From: Deltaproteobacteria bacterium
Lineage (GTDB): Bacteria; Myxococcota_A; Polyangia; Fen-1088
NCBI GenBank assembly: GCA_033763315.1
Contig: JANRKS010000002.1
Location: 192,001-256,000, forward strand
Direction of reading: 5' to 3'
Length of the DNA: 64,000 nucleotides
Position 1 is the stretch's first letter, and every line of letters begins with the position of its first letter. A program made the translations under genes and the position numbers. This document shows, in pieces, positions 46,870 through 56,471 of the stretch. The notes under the pieces were generated by a model. It worked only from the letters and a program-made list of their open reading frames with translations. It had not been told where the DNA came from and did no database searches.

Positions 46870-46922
46870 GAGTTCGGGAACCCGAACCTATGATACCGAT
46901 CCCGCGGGTAGGGTCAACGGCA

Positions 46923-47288
46923 ATGTCTCGCCCCGCCGGACGCAAGCCGGCGCCCCGCCACCGCAAGAAGCCCGACCCACTGGCGCAAGCCGTGGGCAGC
47001 CGCGTTTCCGCCCTGCGAAAGCAGGCCGGGTTCAACTTCGATGCGTTCGTCGAGGAGACCGGCCTTGGTCGTGGCTACATCTCGGAGCTCGAGCGGGGCC
47101 TGGTCGTGCCTGGGTTACATGCCCTCGCCAAGCTGGCCGGCGCGCTGAACGTGTCCATGTCCGATCTGGTCGCCGGGGACTCACCCCGGGATGAGCTCTA
47201 CGAGCTGACGAGGGGCCTTCCTGACGCCGAGGTGAAGCGCCTCATCGAACACATCCGCAAGGTTCGGGACGGGGGGCGTCCCCGCTGA
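46923..47288 (+). CDS. XRE-family HTH regulator
   Basis: GLGRGYISELERG...LAKLAGAL. Confidence 0.8.
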   Translation: MSRPAGRKPAPRHRKKPDPLAQAVGSRVSALRKQAGFNFDAFVEETGLGRGYISELERGLVVPGLHALAKLAGALNVSMSDLVAGDSPRDELYELTRGLPDAEVKRLIEHIRKVRDGGRPR

Positions 47289-47393
47289 GCTGGACCCAAA
47301 GATGCGGGGGCTCGGACCCAATAGGGGATGCCGAAATCGGCAGGCGGAACACGGCGTAACTCTACGGCGATAAGGTTGGTGAGCTCGAGAGAG

Positions 47394-47792
47394 TCACCCT
47401 TGTCGATTTGCCCGCCGCCTTGGCCCTGGCCCCAGTTTGAGCCGCTGCACCAGCCCCGACACGAGCTGTAGGTCGGCTTCGTCGAGGTCCTTCGCGTCCT
47501 GGGCGATCTGCCGAACGAGCTGAGCGGGCGTTGGCGGTGTCGGGGACTCCGCCGATGCCTTGTCCTCGGCAAGGAGCTGCCACGGCGCCACCTCCAGCGC
47601 CTGGGCGAGGCGGGCCAGCACAGTCAGCGAGCACTGGCGGGAGCCGACCTCCAGGTGCGCCAGGAACGCCGCCGAAACGCTGGCCACCTCGGCCAGACCC
47701 TCCTGCGAGTACCCGAGGTTCTTGCGAAGCTGACTAATGCGGCGCCCCATAGCGCGTAGCAGGGGGCCGTGCGCGGGCTCGGCCTTTGGCAC
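47394..47792 (-). CDS. XRE-family HTH regulator
   Basis: ISQLRKNLGYSQEGLAE...LEVG...LARLAQAL. Confidence 0.8.
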   Translation of the reverse strand: MPKAEPAHGPLLRAMGRRISQLRKNLGYSQEGLAEVASVSAAFLAHLEVGSRQCSLTVLARLAQALEVAPWQLLAEDKASAESPTPPTPAQLVRQIAQDAKDLDEADLQLVSGLVQRLKLGPGPRRRANRQG

Positions 47793-47835
47793 GCCTTCGG
47801 ACTAACAGCGCCCTGTCTGTCCGGCCATGGTGCTA

Positions 47836-47851
47836 TTGACAGTTAACTGTC
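47836..47851. promoter_or_regulatory. Perfect 14-bp palindrome overlapping a TTGACA box (candidate XRE operator)
   Basis: GACAGTTAACTGTC at 47838-47851; TTGACA at 47836-47841; lies between divergent genes. Confidence 0.55.
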
Positions 47852-47922
47852 TGCAGAGCCAACATGCGGCCGAAGCCCACGGGTAGGGCCAGGGCTCTGG
47901 AACACAGGAGGCAAGAAAATCC

Positions 47923-48417
47923 ATGGACACGAAGTCTTTGTTGGCGGGCCTGTCACTGCTGACCGCCGGGTGCGCGACGATCTTCTCGGGCACCTCGCAG
48001 AACGTCACCGTCCAGTCCACGCCGGCCGGCGCGCGCGCTCGGGTCATGATCGACGGGGCGGTGGCGAACGAGATCGCCACGCCGGCTGTGGTCAAGCTGG
48101 CCAAGGGTCAGAAGGTCACAATTGAGGTGAGCGCCGAGGGCTACATGCCCGCGCGCATCGACCTCGAGAAGAGCATCAACGGCTGGTACTGGGTTGACGT
48201 CTTCACGCTCAACCTCGTGGGGATTGCCGTCGACCTCGGGACAGGGGCGTGGGCGAACTACGACGATCAGGTCTTCGTCACCTTGACGAAGGTGCCAGTC
48301 GGCAACGAGGAAGGGCGGTCGCCGGCGGTCTACGTGGCCGTCGATCTGAAGAACGCGAATACCGGGAGATGGGAGCGCGGGCTCTTGCCGCTACAGCCGG
48401 CGCAAGCCGGGCCGTGA
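47923..48417 (+). CDS. PEGA-domain lipoprotein
   Basis: TAGCATIFSGTSQNVTVQSTPAGA...TP...GY; GIAVDLGTGA. Confidence 0.75.
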   Translation: MDTKSLLAGLSLLTAGCATIFSGTSQNVTVQSTPAGARARVMIDGAVANEIATPAVVKLAKGQKVTIEVSAEGYMPARIDLEKSINGWYWVDVFTLNLVGIAVDLGTGAWANYDDQVFVTLTKVPVGNEEGRSPAVYVAVDLKNANTGRWERGLLPLQPAQAGP

Positions 48418-48804
48418 CCGATCTGGGCTGTACACGTCGTTCCCCGGCGCGCGCGCGCCTTGCACGCGTTTTCCACTGGACGGCCCTACTCGAGCGCGCA
48501 TCATAATTTCGCCGCCGTCGCCGCCATGTTGCAGATCGAAACCGCCGAGAGCGCCAAGCTCGAGTCCACGCCGTGGGCAGTGTTGGTCCGAGCGCTCTTC
48601 AATTGGCGTCTCGTGGCGGAAGCCCAGGCCGAGTTGGCGTCCTGCGGGGATCGGCCGTTGGATGCCACCGAGATCTCGGCACTGGTCAATCGGCATGGGC
48701 TTTCGCTCGATCCGGCCGCCAGCGCCGAGCCTGTTGTCGTGCTGGAACCGCCCCTCGAGTGAGGGGCGCGCTCTCCGGCGAGCGCGGCCGGCTTCGCCCC
48801 GACC

Positions 48805-50127
48805 TCAGCCATCGGAGGCGCGGCCGCAGATCGTGCATGCCGAGCTGCCAGCTAGCCGATTGCGCCGAACGGTTCCGTCGCTGAATGAAAACGCAAGGCG
48901 CTGTGGGGGCGGGGCCGACGCTGCGAAGCCAGTCACGATCCGCAAGAACTCGATGACAGCGGCACTGGCGACGGCCGCGTTGAACGCGATGACGCTGGGC
49001 TGCGCGACGCCCGCTCCCTCGATGTAGCCCGCCCTGACTTCCTCTTCCCGTTCTGCCTGTGAGAGTGCCTCGACCCTGATGCGTTCCGGGTCGAGGTGGC
49101 CCCAGCACGCGAGACAGGGCTTGCCCGGGCCAACGACAACCACCCTGCCGGAATCACCGATGAGAGCCCCGGAGTCGTCGACCCGGAACGCCGTCCCCAT
49201 ATCAATCACGGGCACGAGCGCATCGTAGGCCAGTCGGTTCAGCAACGCGCGCGGCGAATGTGTGTCGACGCATGAGAAGACGACGTCGCACCCGCGGAGC
49301 AGCGCCAGCTCCGCCTCTCCCGCCAGCGCACGCGGCACGGCCTGGTGTTTGACGGAAAGCCCGAGCTCGTCGATATATCGGGTCGCGACATCGACCTTCC
49401 TCGCGTGGCCGGCATCCTTCAGGCGGGCGCCCACGATCCGTGGCACGTTGCTGTCCTCGACGACGTCGGCGTCGAGCAACACCAGCTCTCCCACCCCGAG
49501 GTGGGCGAGCTGGGCGGCTACCAGCGAGCCCGTTCCGCCCAGGCCTACGATCCCGACTCGCGACAGGCGTAGTGCCGCCTGGCCCTGCTCGCCAAGGGCC
49601 AAAGCTTGGCGATGAAACCAAGCGTTGGCCTTAGTGGGAAGTCCCGTCCCCAGGGTGCGAATCGTCGCCCCCACGGTGCGCAAGCCAACGGCAGATGGGC
49701 TCCCGCTATGATCGAAGCATCTGGCGGCCGCCATCGCTGGGGCAGCCAGTACGACGGACCCGTGGTCAACCCCGGGGATTCGCGCAGCGAATGCCGGCAT
49801 GAGGCGCGCGTCCCCTTGGTCGTCGGCCCATGAGAACTGGGCCGATCCTGCGCCCGGGTGGGTATGGACAGTGAAGACGCTCCAGCCGTGGTCCCGCGCG
49901 GGCCTCGTCAACCTGTTGAGCGCCACGGGATCGATCCGAATCTGGTCGTGGGCGCGGATGACGTAGGCGGGTTCAGGGACAACGAACGCACGCTCAACGA
50001 CCAACACGTCTCGCTCCATGGCTGCCAGCTTGCGGGCAAACAGGAGCCCCGCAGTTTCGACATCGAGGCGGGCGAGCATGTCGGATATGAATGAGCTCCA
50101 CGCGTCTTCTCCGATCTTTAGGATCAT
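48805..50127 (-). CDS. JAB/MPN+ peptidase fused to a ThiF/E1-like adenylating enzyme
   Basis: JAB: VETAG...VHTHPG...FSWADD; E1: RQ, GLGGTGS, DADVVEDSNVPR, SCVD, DMG; Zn pairs CLAC and CTIC; ATG at 50127. Confidence 0.88.
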   Translation of the reverse strand: MILKIGEDAWSSFISDMLARLDVETAGLLFARKLAAMERDVLVVERAFVVPEPAYVIRAHDQIRIDPVALNRLTRPARDHGWSVFTVHTHPGAGSAQFSWADDQGDARLMPAFAARIPGVDHGSVVLAAPAMAAARCFDHSGSPSAVGLRTVGATIRTLGTGLPTKANAWFHRQALALGEQGQAALRLSRVGIVGLGGTGSLVAAQLAHLGVGELVLLDADVVEDSNVPRIVGARLKDAGHARKVDVATRYIDELGLSVKHQAVPRALAGEAELALLRGCDVVFSCVDTHSPRALLNRLAYDALVPVIDMGTAFRVDDSGALIGDSGRVVVVGPGKPCLACWGHLDPERIRVEALSQAEREEEVRAGYIEGAGVAQPSVIAFNAAVASAAVIEFLRIVTGFAASAPPPQRLAFSFSDGTVRRNRLAGSSACTICGRASDG

Positions 50128-50135
50128 GGTTGCAC

Positions 50136-50951
50136 CTAATCCTTCTGTTCGAAGCGTGCACGGACGCAGCGCAAGAAGTCGTCCAGTGTGCTGATGCCCG
50201 GCCGCCAGGCGCCGGGGCTGAGGTGCCACGAGAACCGCTGCCATGAGCCGCCGAGCACTGACTCCGTCGACGTCCCCTTCGGGCTGGACCCGTTCATCAG
50301 CTTGACGGCCGGTGACACCCAGAACATGTCTGGCTGCGCGTCCGGGAACCCTGGTGGGAGTTTCACGAGCAGGCGCACGGGTTGCGGTTGGTACGCCGGT
50401 GGGATGGGCCACTCCTTGAACACCACGAATGTCCACCCGTCTGGCTGCCTGTGGATCTCAACCTTGTCCTGCCATCGCACATCGAGGCCGATCTCGGCGG
50501 ATCCATAGTCGGCCGGCGGTGACGAGTGGAGCCTAGAACCATCCCGCAGCAGGATGGTGTCGTCGTTGGCGATGACGAGATCGTCGCCGGGTTGTTCGAG
50601 GAACAACACGTCGGTGAGCGCGATCCCGCCGAGCTCCTTGAGGGCCCTCCCAGTCTGCGTCGGGCTGTCCAGCACGTACTTCACCCGGTTGATGAAGACC
50701 ACCGTGCGCTCCAGGCCCGGCGCGCCCGTTCCGTAATCCGCCGGGGGAGAGCTGTAGAGCTGCGCGCCGTTGTCGAGCGTGACCTCCTGATCGTTACCGA
50801 CCACGAGATCGTCACACCCCGGCCGGTCGAGGAACAACACATCGACGAGCGGGATGTTCGCGAGCTCCTTCAGGGCCCGCCCTGTGACCGTGGAGGCCTC
50901 GAGTTCGTACCGCTTCCGGTTGATGAGAATGATGACGCGATCCTTCTTCAT
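50136..50951 (-). CDS. Two multi-ubiquitin-like domains fused to a prokaryotic E2-like (Prok-E2 family E type) domain
   Basis: Two beta-grasp-like repeats (INR...TGRALKEL...DVLFL...DDLV...SSPPADYG); E2 motifs LPPGFPDAQPDMFWVSP and WQRFSWH...WRP. Confidence 0.82.
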   Translation of the reverse strand: MKKDRVIILINRKRYELEASTVTGRALKELANIPLVDVLFLDRPGCDDLVVGNDQEVTLDNGAQLYSSPPADYGTGAPGLERTVVFINRVKYVLDSPTQTGRALKELGGIALTDVLFLEQPGDDLVIANDDTILLRDGSRLHSSPPADYGSAEIGLDVRWQDKVEIHRQPDGWTFVVFKEWPIPPAYQPQPVRLLVKLPPGFPDAQPDMFWVSPAVKLMNGSSPKGTSTESVLGGSWQRFSWHLSPGAWRPGISTLDDFLRCVRARFEQKD

Positions 50952-51072
50952 GACTGGTCCCTTCGTTGAATCCGGCGTGATTGCCGGGTACGAGACCAGG
51001 TTGAAGGATCCGGGGCTGTGCTGTCCGTAGTGCTACCGTGGCGTTTGGGTTGGCGCGAACACTACGGTCGGG

Positions 51073-53325
51073 CTACGGTCGGTCAACTACGAAGGACTTC
51101 ACGACAACCCGCCAGGAGCCCTTCGAGCTGGCAAAGATCTCGAGATTTGGCTTGGCAGGGGCGTTCTCGGCTGCTGCAAAGCTGGTCCTGATGGCATTCA
51201 TCGCGTCCTTCTTGGCGTGGCGAACCATCGCATCGTCGCTTCGTGTGCGCGACAGCTTCGTCTTGAGCAGTCCCTTGTCGACGGAGTTTCCGCGGCCCTT
51301 AGCGACGGTGTCGATGAACCGATACGCCATCGTGTCCGATCGAAGCTTGGTCAGCTCGATACCGTACAACCAGACCGTTTCTCGACGTGAATCGACGACC
51401 AACTCTGCGTCCCGCGGCGCGAAGAAGATCGCGGGAACCTCGTCCGCGAGCTGCAGGCTGCCCACGATCTCCGAGAACAGATCTCGATAGGAGCTGGACA
51501 CCAGGCGAATGGGCACCTGGATGTGGCCAGACCTTGCATCGCACCCCGGGGGGACCAGCACAGCGATGCGTGCTCCCTGCTGTGCCTGAGCGCGAATGCG
51601 GACCGCCGTCACATCTGCAGCCACGTTGGGCTTGCGTGTGACGAAGAACACGGCTACGCAGACCTGGTCGAGTTGGCGCCTGCCAAGATAGAACAGAGCC
51701 CGTTCACCCAGATCACCTACGCCGCCCTCGAGCCCCAGATCCGCGGCGATCTTCTTCGCGAAGGATTCCATGTCCAGTTCGTACCCCTCCACGTCGCTGT
51801 CGGTGAGCGTGCGTGACGGGACACCGTCATCTGATGACAAACCGTACAGCTCGCCATCGGGCATGCGAACGGCGTCGAGCAGCCGGATGTCGGCGGTGTG
51901 AGCCGGGTGAGCGGCGGACGTGAGCGAACGTGGCCGGAGGCGGCGGTCGGCGATCCATTCCTCGATCGCATGGCCGAACGCATCCCGCCACGTGGCGGTT
52001 GGGTGGTGCCACGGATACAAACTCCAAAGATCCAGATGGGGGGCAGGGGGCGCCGCGCCACGGATGCCCACCGCATCGAGGAATCGCATGACGGGCCCGT
52101 CTGCGATGCCGCGGCGATATCGTGCAACGCTCGGAACCTTTATCGTGACTGGCACCCGTCGCGGGCGCTTGCCGACGAGGTGCAAGTCGATCTTTGCTTC
52201 GATCGGCCTGCCCTCAGTGAGTCTCAAGCCGCGGCGCTCGAGGGCCCTGAAGCAGTCGGGCGCAGTCAGTCGGAACTTCTCGTCGCCAGTAACCCAAAGC
52301 ACCTCGCGCAAGCAGGCCTTCGAGATGGCGACGACGTGGGCAGGTGGTTCAAGGGCTTCTCGGCCGTTTTTCAAAGGCTCCAGCGTGTAGACGGCGTTGT
52401 CCGAGAAGAACTCTGGATCGTCGAACAGGACGCGGCCCAGCGCCTCGCGATAGACGGTCGCCATCCTCGCCGTGCGAACGGAGACGAGGAGGCGGCCGGT
52501 GTCACCGTAGTAGCGGATGGTGTCGCAGTGGGCAGGGCGGTATTTCAGCGCCTTTCGACCCGTTCCGACTACGGCCACTGGGGCTTGTATCCGCGATCCG
52601 TGCAGGACCTGGATGGTGAAAAAGTTGTCGTCGGTCGCCACGCGGACGTCGGCGTAGTCTCCCATGGCGTTCGAGGTACACCAGTCGCGAATGATCTGCT
52701 TGAGTGCGGATCTCAGGTGCGCGAGGCTTGCAGGTTCTCGCGTGTCTTTGGCCACGTATTCGCGATAGGTGTTGGACGGTCGCGCCTCCTGGACGCGCAT
52801 CTGGGCGCGGGTGACGATCTCCTCGGCCGCCGCGTTCTGTCGTTGGGCGATCAGCACACGGACGGCGAGATCGCGCGGGCTTTCATCGTCTGGCCAGGCG
52901 CCTGTGTCGAATTGTCTGGCAATCGCGACCTCGAACAGTGCGTTTCGCCCCTCTTCGGAACCGAGGTCGTAGATGGCCTGAAGGGCCTCGAGCTGAGCCT
53001 CCGAGGCGCCTTGCTCGAACGCCGACATGATCGAGTCGTGGGAGATGTTTCGGGCAGAGAGACCTGGCGGGTAGCCGATCTCGCCAAACAACGCCTGCCA
53101 CGCAGGAATGGAGACCTCCTCGATGAAAACGGCGTCGAGGAATGGCATCGGCGTGTCCTCTTTCCGATCGGCCGCTTTCCCGGACGCCCCAGCCATCGCG
53201 GCCGGTTTTGCATCCATGTGTGCTGCTCCGTGGCTCGACTGGGAGGAAGGCACTCTCGGGATGGTCTGGCCTCGGGGGTGAGATCTTTTTGAACTGGCGG
53301 GTTTCTTGTCGGGCGAGCGGGCCAT
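51073..53325 (-). CDS. Large hypothetical protein with possible C-terminal winged-helix domain
   Basis: 750-aa ORF with coding-like composition; C-terminal helix-rich basic region. Confidence 0.6.
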   Translation of the reverse strand: MARSPDKKPASSKRSHPRGQTIPRVPSSQSSHGAAHMDAKPAAMAGASGKAADRKEDTPMPFLDAVFIEEVSIPAWQALFGEIGYPPGLSARNISHDSIMSAFEQGASEAQLEALQAIYDLGSEEGRNALFEVAIARQFDTGAWPDDESPRDLAVRVLIAQRQNAAAEEIVTRAQMRVQEARPSNTYREYVAKDTREPASLAHLRSALKQIIRDWCTSNAMGDYADVRVATDDNFFTIQVLHGSRIQAPVAVVGTGRKALKYRPAHCDTIRYYGDTGRLLVSVRTARMATVYREALGRVLFDDPEFFSDNAVYTLEPLKNGREALEPPAHVVAISKACLREVLWVTGDEKFRLTAPDCFRALERRGLRLTEGRPIEAKIDLHLVGKRPRRVPVTIKVPSVARYRRGIADGPVMRFLDAVGIRGAAPPAPHLDLWSLYPWHHPTATWRDAFGHAIEEWIADRRLRPRSLTSAAHPAHTADIRLLDAVRMPDGELYGLSSDDGVPSRTLTDSDVEGYELDMESFAKKIAADLGLEGGVGDLGERALFYLGRRQLDQVCVAVFFVTRKPNVAADVTAVRIRAQAQQGARIAVLVPPGCDARSGHIQVPIRLVSSSYRDLFSEIVGSLQLADEVPAIFFAPRDAELVVDSRRETVWLYGIELTKLRSDTMAYRFIDTVAKGRGNSVDKGLLKTKLSRTRSDDAMVRHAKKDAMNAIRTSFAAAENAPAKPNLEIFASSKGSWRVVVKSFVVDRP

Positions 53326-53685
53326 GGTTCCCCTGGATCTCCTTGAGTGTCGGCCAATGGTGTCACGGAACGAGCTGGTTGGGCACGTGCAGCCGCTCGC
53401 GCGTCAACGTCCCGTGTCCGGCTTTGTCCGGGCGGAACTCCCGCCACGTCGGTTGACTTGTGAACATCGAATCGAATCCTGGCAGTGCCACGCAAAGGTC
53501 TCGCTTTCACTAGAGGCATTCCTATAAGTGTCTGCAATCGCAGTGGAACTTGACTCTGATATGGATAGTGATGAGCCGTTGTTGCATGCCCCGGCCCTTA
53601 GCGCGGCGCCGATGACTTGATGCGCTAATGACGTCAACGTGCCCACCCTCCGGCGCCGTCATATCCTCCGAGCACTGATCCCCTG

Positions 53686-54597
53686 GTGAATCCCGTGCCC
53701 CTCGAGCAACTGACCTTGGCAGACCTGCAGTCCCGCCTGCAGGCGATCCCCAACATGCCGCCCGATGCGGCTCAGGTGCTCGCAGCCGCCGTCTACTATT
53801 ATCTGCCGTTCCCGCCCGAGCTGCGCGCGGCCTGGCACGCGGCCCGCCGGCACCTTGTCGCGCTCGCTGAACTTGTCGCGGAGCTGCAGACCGGGCCCGA
53901 GGGCGAGAGTCCAGACTACGGCCCGTGGGCGCGACAGTTGCTGGCAGCGCTGGAAGCCGTGGCGGACGCCCCGCCCGGCTTCGACGACGAACGAAATGGC
54001 CTGTTTGTTCACACCGATGGGGCCGGCAACGCATCCGCGTTCATGGGCGGCGAGTGGTCGTCAGCACCGCCACGGCAGCGCGACCGCTTCCTGTTGCTGG
54101 GCGTCGCAGTGCTCGAGTCGCACGGGCTTGTCCGTTCGTCCGCGCTCGAAGTCATGCGCGACGTCCTGGCTGTCATCGAAGGGAAGCGCGTAGATGTCAG
54201 TTCGGTCAAGCGCGCCCATAACCGTGCCCACTCCGCCTACGCGGGATCATTCCCCTTCAAGAGTATCAACCTCGATCGACTCGAGGCCATCATGTCCCAG
54301 CCTGATGGTCGCTACGTTTTGATCCCGTGTCCCCCGTCCAAGGAGGGCCAGGAGCAGTCGAAGGCGGCCCCGCCCAGCAACCAACCTCGGGGGCACTCGA
54401 TTTCTACCGCGGACAGCCCCGGCGCCGACAAGTCGCTGCCCGCGGCCATGTCCTCGCCTGAGGGCCCTTTCGCGAACTGGGCCCGCACCGGCCGCGTTCC
54501 CCGGCTCGACCAGCTCCCGATCAATCTCTCCCTCGAGGGCCTGCAAACCCTCGCCGAGATCCTCGGCATCCCCTTCGAGCCGCCCGGGACAAAGTGA
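53686..54597 (+). CDS. Hypothetical protein of the integrative element
   Basis: 303-aa ORF co-oriented with the xis-like gene and integrase. Confidence 0.5.
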   Translation: MNPVPLEQLTLADLQSRLQAIPNMPPDAAQVLAAAVYYYLPFPPELRAAWHAARRHLVALAELVAELQTGPEGESPDYGPWARQLLAALEAVADAPPGFDDERNGLFVHTDGAGNASAFMGGEWSSAPPRQRDRFLLLGVAVLESHGLVRSSALEVMRDVLAVIEGKRVDVSSVKRAHNRAHSAYAGSFPFKSINLDRLEAIMSQPDGRYVLIPCPPSKEGQEQSKAAPPSNQPRGHSISTADSPGADKSLPAAMSSPEGPFANWARTGRVPRLDQLPINLSLEGLQTLAEILGIPFEPPGTK

Positions 54598-54606
54598 TGC
54601 CACGTA

Positions 54607-55311
54607 ATGTCCCACCCGCTTCTCGCTACTGTGGGCCACACTGCCCGAGTGGGTCACGATCCAGGCACACTCGACGCGCTCTTCCGCCACCTCGTCCGTG
54701 AGGAGATCGACGCGGCCCTGCGTCGCGAGCTGCCTCGCTGGCTCGCCACCGCCTCGCCGTTGGCCGCCGGCACCCCGGACACGCTGCCCACCCCCGAGGC
54801 CACCCGCTACGTCGGCTACAAGACCTCGTCCGCGCTCCGAAAAGCCCACGCCCAGGGGCTGATCTCCCCTGTGGGCCGGCGCACGGGCAGGGGCGTGCAC
54901 ATGTGGGCCGTGGCCGATCTCCAGCGACTCCGCAACGGCCGGCCCCCTCGCGGTGGTACCATCGAGGACGGACGCTCCGTTGCGCCTCCTGACCCACCTG
55001 GAGGCCAACGAAATGGAAACGACATGGACGACACGATGGCGATTCGAGATCGCGCCCAGGCCCGTGAAACCCGGGGTTTGGCGCCTGAAAGGAGGTGGTC
55101 ACCTCATCCGGGGCAAGGCCAAAGATCACCGGACGGGGAAGACCAAAACAATATTGCGCGCACTCAGGCAGGCAAGCGCAGCCGAGGCCTACCGCACGCT
55201 GCAGGAAGAACTCGATCGGGTACGGCAGGGGATGGTCAGACAGGAGGCGGCGAGGACCCGCTTCAGCGAATTCGCCGCATCGCTTTTCGAAAGGAAAGTG
55301 GCCAAGGGTGA
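54607..55311 (+). CDS. Excisionase-like HTH protein (its C-terminal tail overlaps the integrase)
   Basis: LPTPEATRYVGYKTSSALRKA...GRR...MWAVADL directly upstream of the integrase. Confidence 0.5.
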   Translation: MSHPLLATVGHTARVGHDPGTLDALFRHLVREEIDAALRRELPRWLATASPLAAGTPDTLPTPEATRYVGYKTSSALRKAHAQGLISPVGRRTGRGVHMWAVADLQRLRNGRPPRGGTIEDGRSVAPPDPPGGQRNGNDMDDTMAIRDRAQARETRGLAPERRWSPHPGQGQRSPDGEDQNNIARTQAGKRSRGLPHAAGRTRSGTAGDGQTGGGEDPLQRIRRIAFRKESGQG

Positions 55312-56311
55312 GATCCGCTCGGCACAGACGCGCGAGAACTGGGAGTTCAACTTGAGGTTGCACCTGCTTCCCCGCTTCGGCGACTTCTACCTCGACGCCA
55401 TCGACAAGGCGGACGTCGAGGCGTGGTTGGCGGAGCAGGCCACGCGCGTGCAACAGCGGCGGCTGTCGCCACACACCGTGAACAACTGGTTGCGCCTGCT
55501 GCGCGAGATCATGAACGAGGCCGTCGACGAGCTGGACCTGCCCAAGAACGCGCTCGCCAAGGTGCGCCCGCTCGACACCAGCATGCACGTGACCTTCACC
55601 GAGGAGCAGCCGAACGCGCTCACCCCCGAGGAGATCCCGCATTTCCTCGCGGCCATGCGCGAGCGGCATCCGCAACACCTCGCCATGACGGCGTTGGGGT
55701 TCGCGACGGGGTGGCGCCCGTCCATGATGCGACCCCTGCGGCGCAGGGGCGAGACCGCGGACGTGTTGTGGGACAGGGGTGTGATCCTTGCGCGGCGATC
55801 GCAGACGCGCCGGGACGAGGTGATGGAGGGCACGAAGAACCTCTCGCGGTTCCGGCTGGCGGTGCCCGACGAGCTGCTGCGGATCCTGCGGTGGCACGCC
55901 GACCACCTGCCCGCCGGGCCGATGCGCGAATCGGACCTCCTGTTCCCGTCCACCACGGGCGGCTTCCGGAGCCCGACCGCGCTCGGCAAGCCCTTCGAGG
56001 ATCTGTGCGCGCACCTGAAATTGAAGAAGCGGATCACACCCAAGGGGATGCGCCGCACGTTCCAGGATCTCGCCCGCCGCGCGCAGGTCGAAGGCCTGGT
56101 GCAGCGGAGCATCTGCGGTCACCTGACCGAAGAGATGACCGAGCTTTACAGCTCCGTCGGGCAGGACGAGGTGAGGGCGGCGATCGGCAAGGTGGTGGCG
56201 CTGGCGGGGTACCGCGATCTGCTGCGCGAGGGGTGTGAAACGGGGTGTGAAAGCCCCAAAAACGAAACCGGGGCGCCCGAAGCGCCCCGCCAAGCAGTGG
56301 GAATCAAATGA
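55013..56311 (+). CDS. Tyrosine recombinase / integrase
   Basis: RBS GGAGG; SAM-like domain (LLPRFG...SPHTVNNWLRLL); TGWRPS, KGMRRTF and GHLTEEMTELY; abuts the tRNA 3' end. Confidence 0.9.
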   Translation: METTWTTRWRFEIAPRPVKPGVWRLKGGGHLIRGKAKDHRTGKTKTILRALRQASAAEAYRTLQEELDRVRQGMVRQEAARTRFSEFAASLFERKVAKGEIRSAQTRENWEFNLRLHLLPRFGDFYLDAIDKADVEAWLAEQATRVQQRRLSPHTVNNWLRLLREIMNEAVDELDLPKNALAKVRPLDTSMHVTFTEEQPNALTPEEIPHFLAAMRERHPQHLAMTALGFATGWRPSMMRPLRRRGETADVLWDRGVILARRSQTRRDEVMEGTKNLSRFRLAVPDELLRILRWHADHLPAGPMRESDLLFPSTTGGFRSPTALGKPFEDLCAHLKLKKRITPKGMRRTFQDLARRAQVEGLVQRSICGHLTEEMTELYSSVGQDEVRAAIGKVVALAGYRDLLREGCETGCESPKNETGAPEAPRQAVGIK

Positions 56312-56320
56312 GTATTTCTG

Positions 56321-56393
<73 letters not shown>

Positions 56394-56471
56394 ACAGACG
56401 CAAACTCTTTAACTGAAAATGCCGACCTTGTCTACGGGGGGGGGGCTGTTGGGCCCGCGCCTATTGTCGAC

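Noticed and set aside
50128-50436. N-terminal ~100-aa extension of the JAB-E1 ORF in the track
   Set aside because: It overlaps the E2 domain in another frame; the ATG at 50127 just after the E2 stop is the more plausible start.
48805-50951. Reading the locus as CBASS Cap2/Cap3 or as ThiF/MoeB cofactor biosynthesis
   Set aside because: No CD-NTase or effector and no thiamine/molybdopterin genes are nearby; the E2 and multi-Ubl domains point to protein conjugation.
56435-56446. Poly-G tract upstream of tRNA-Gly as a phase-variation site
   Set aside because: It is intergenic and has no supporting evidence; it may be part of a terminator-like stem or a homopolymer artefact.
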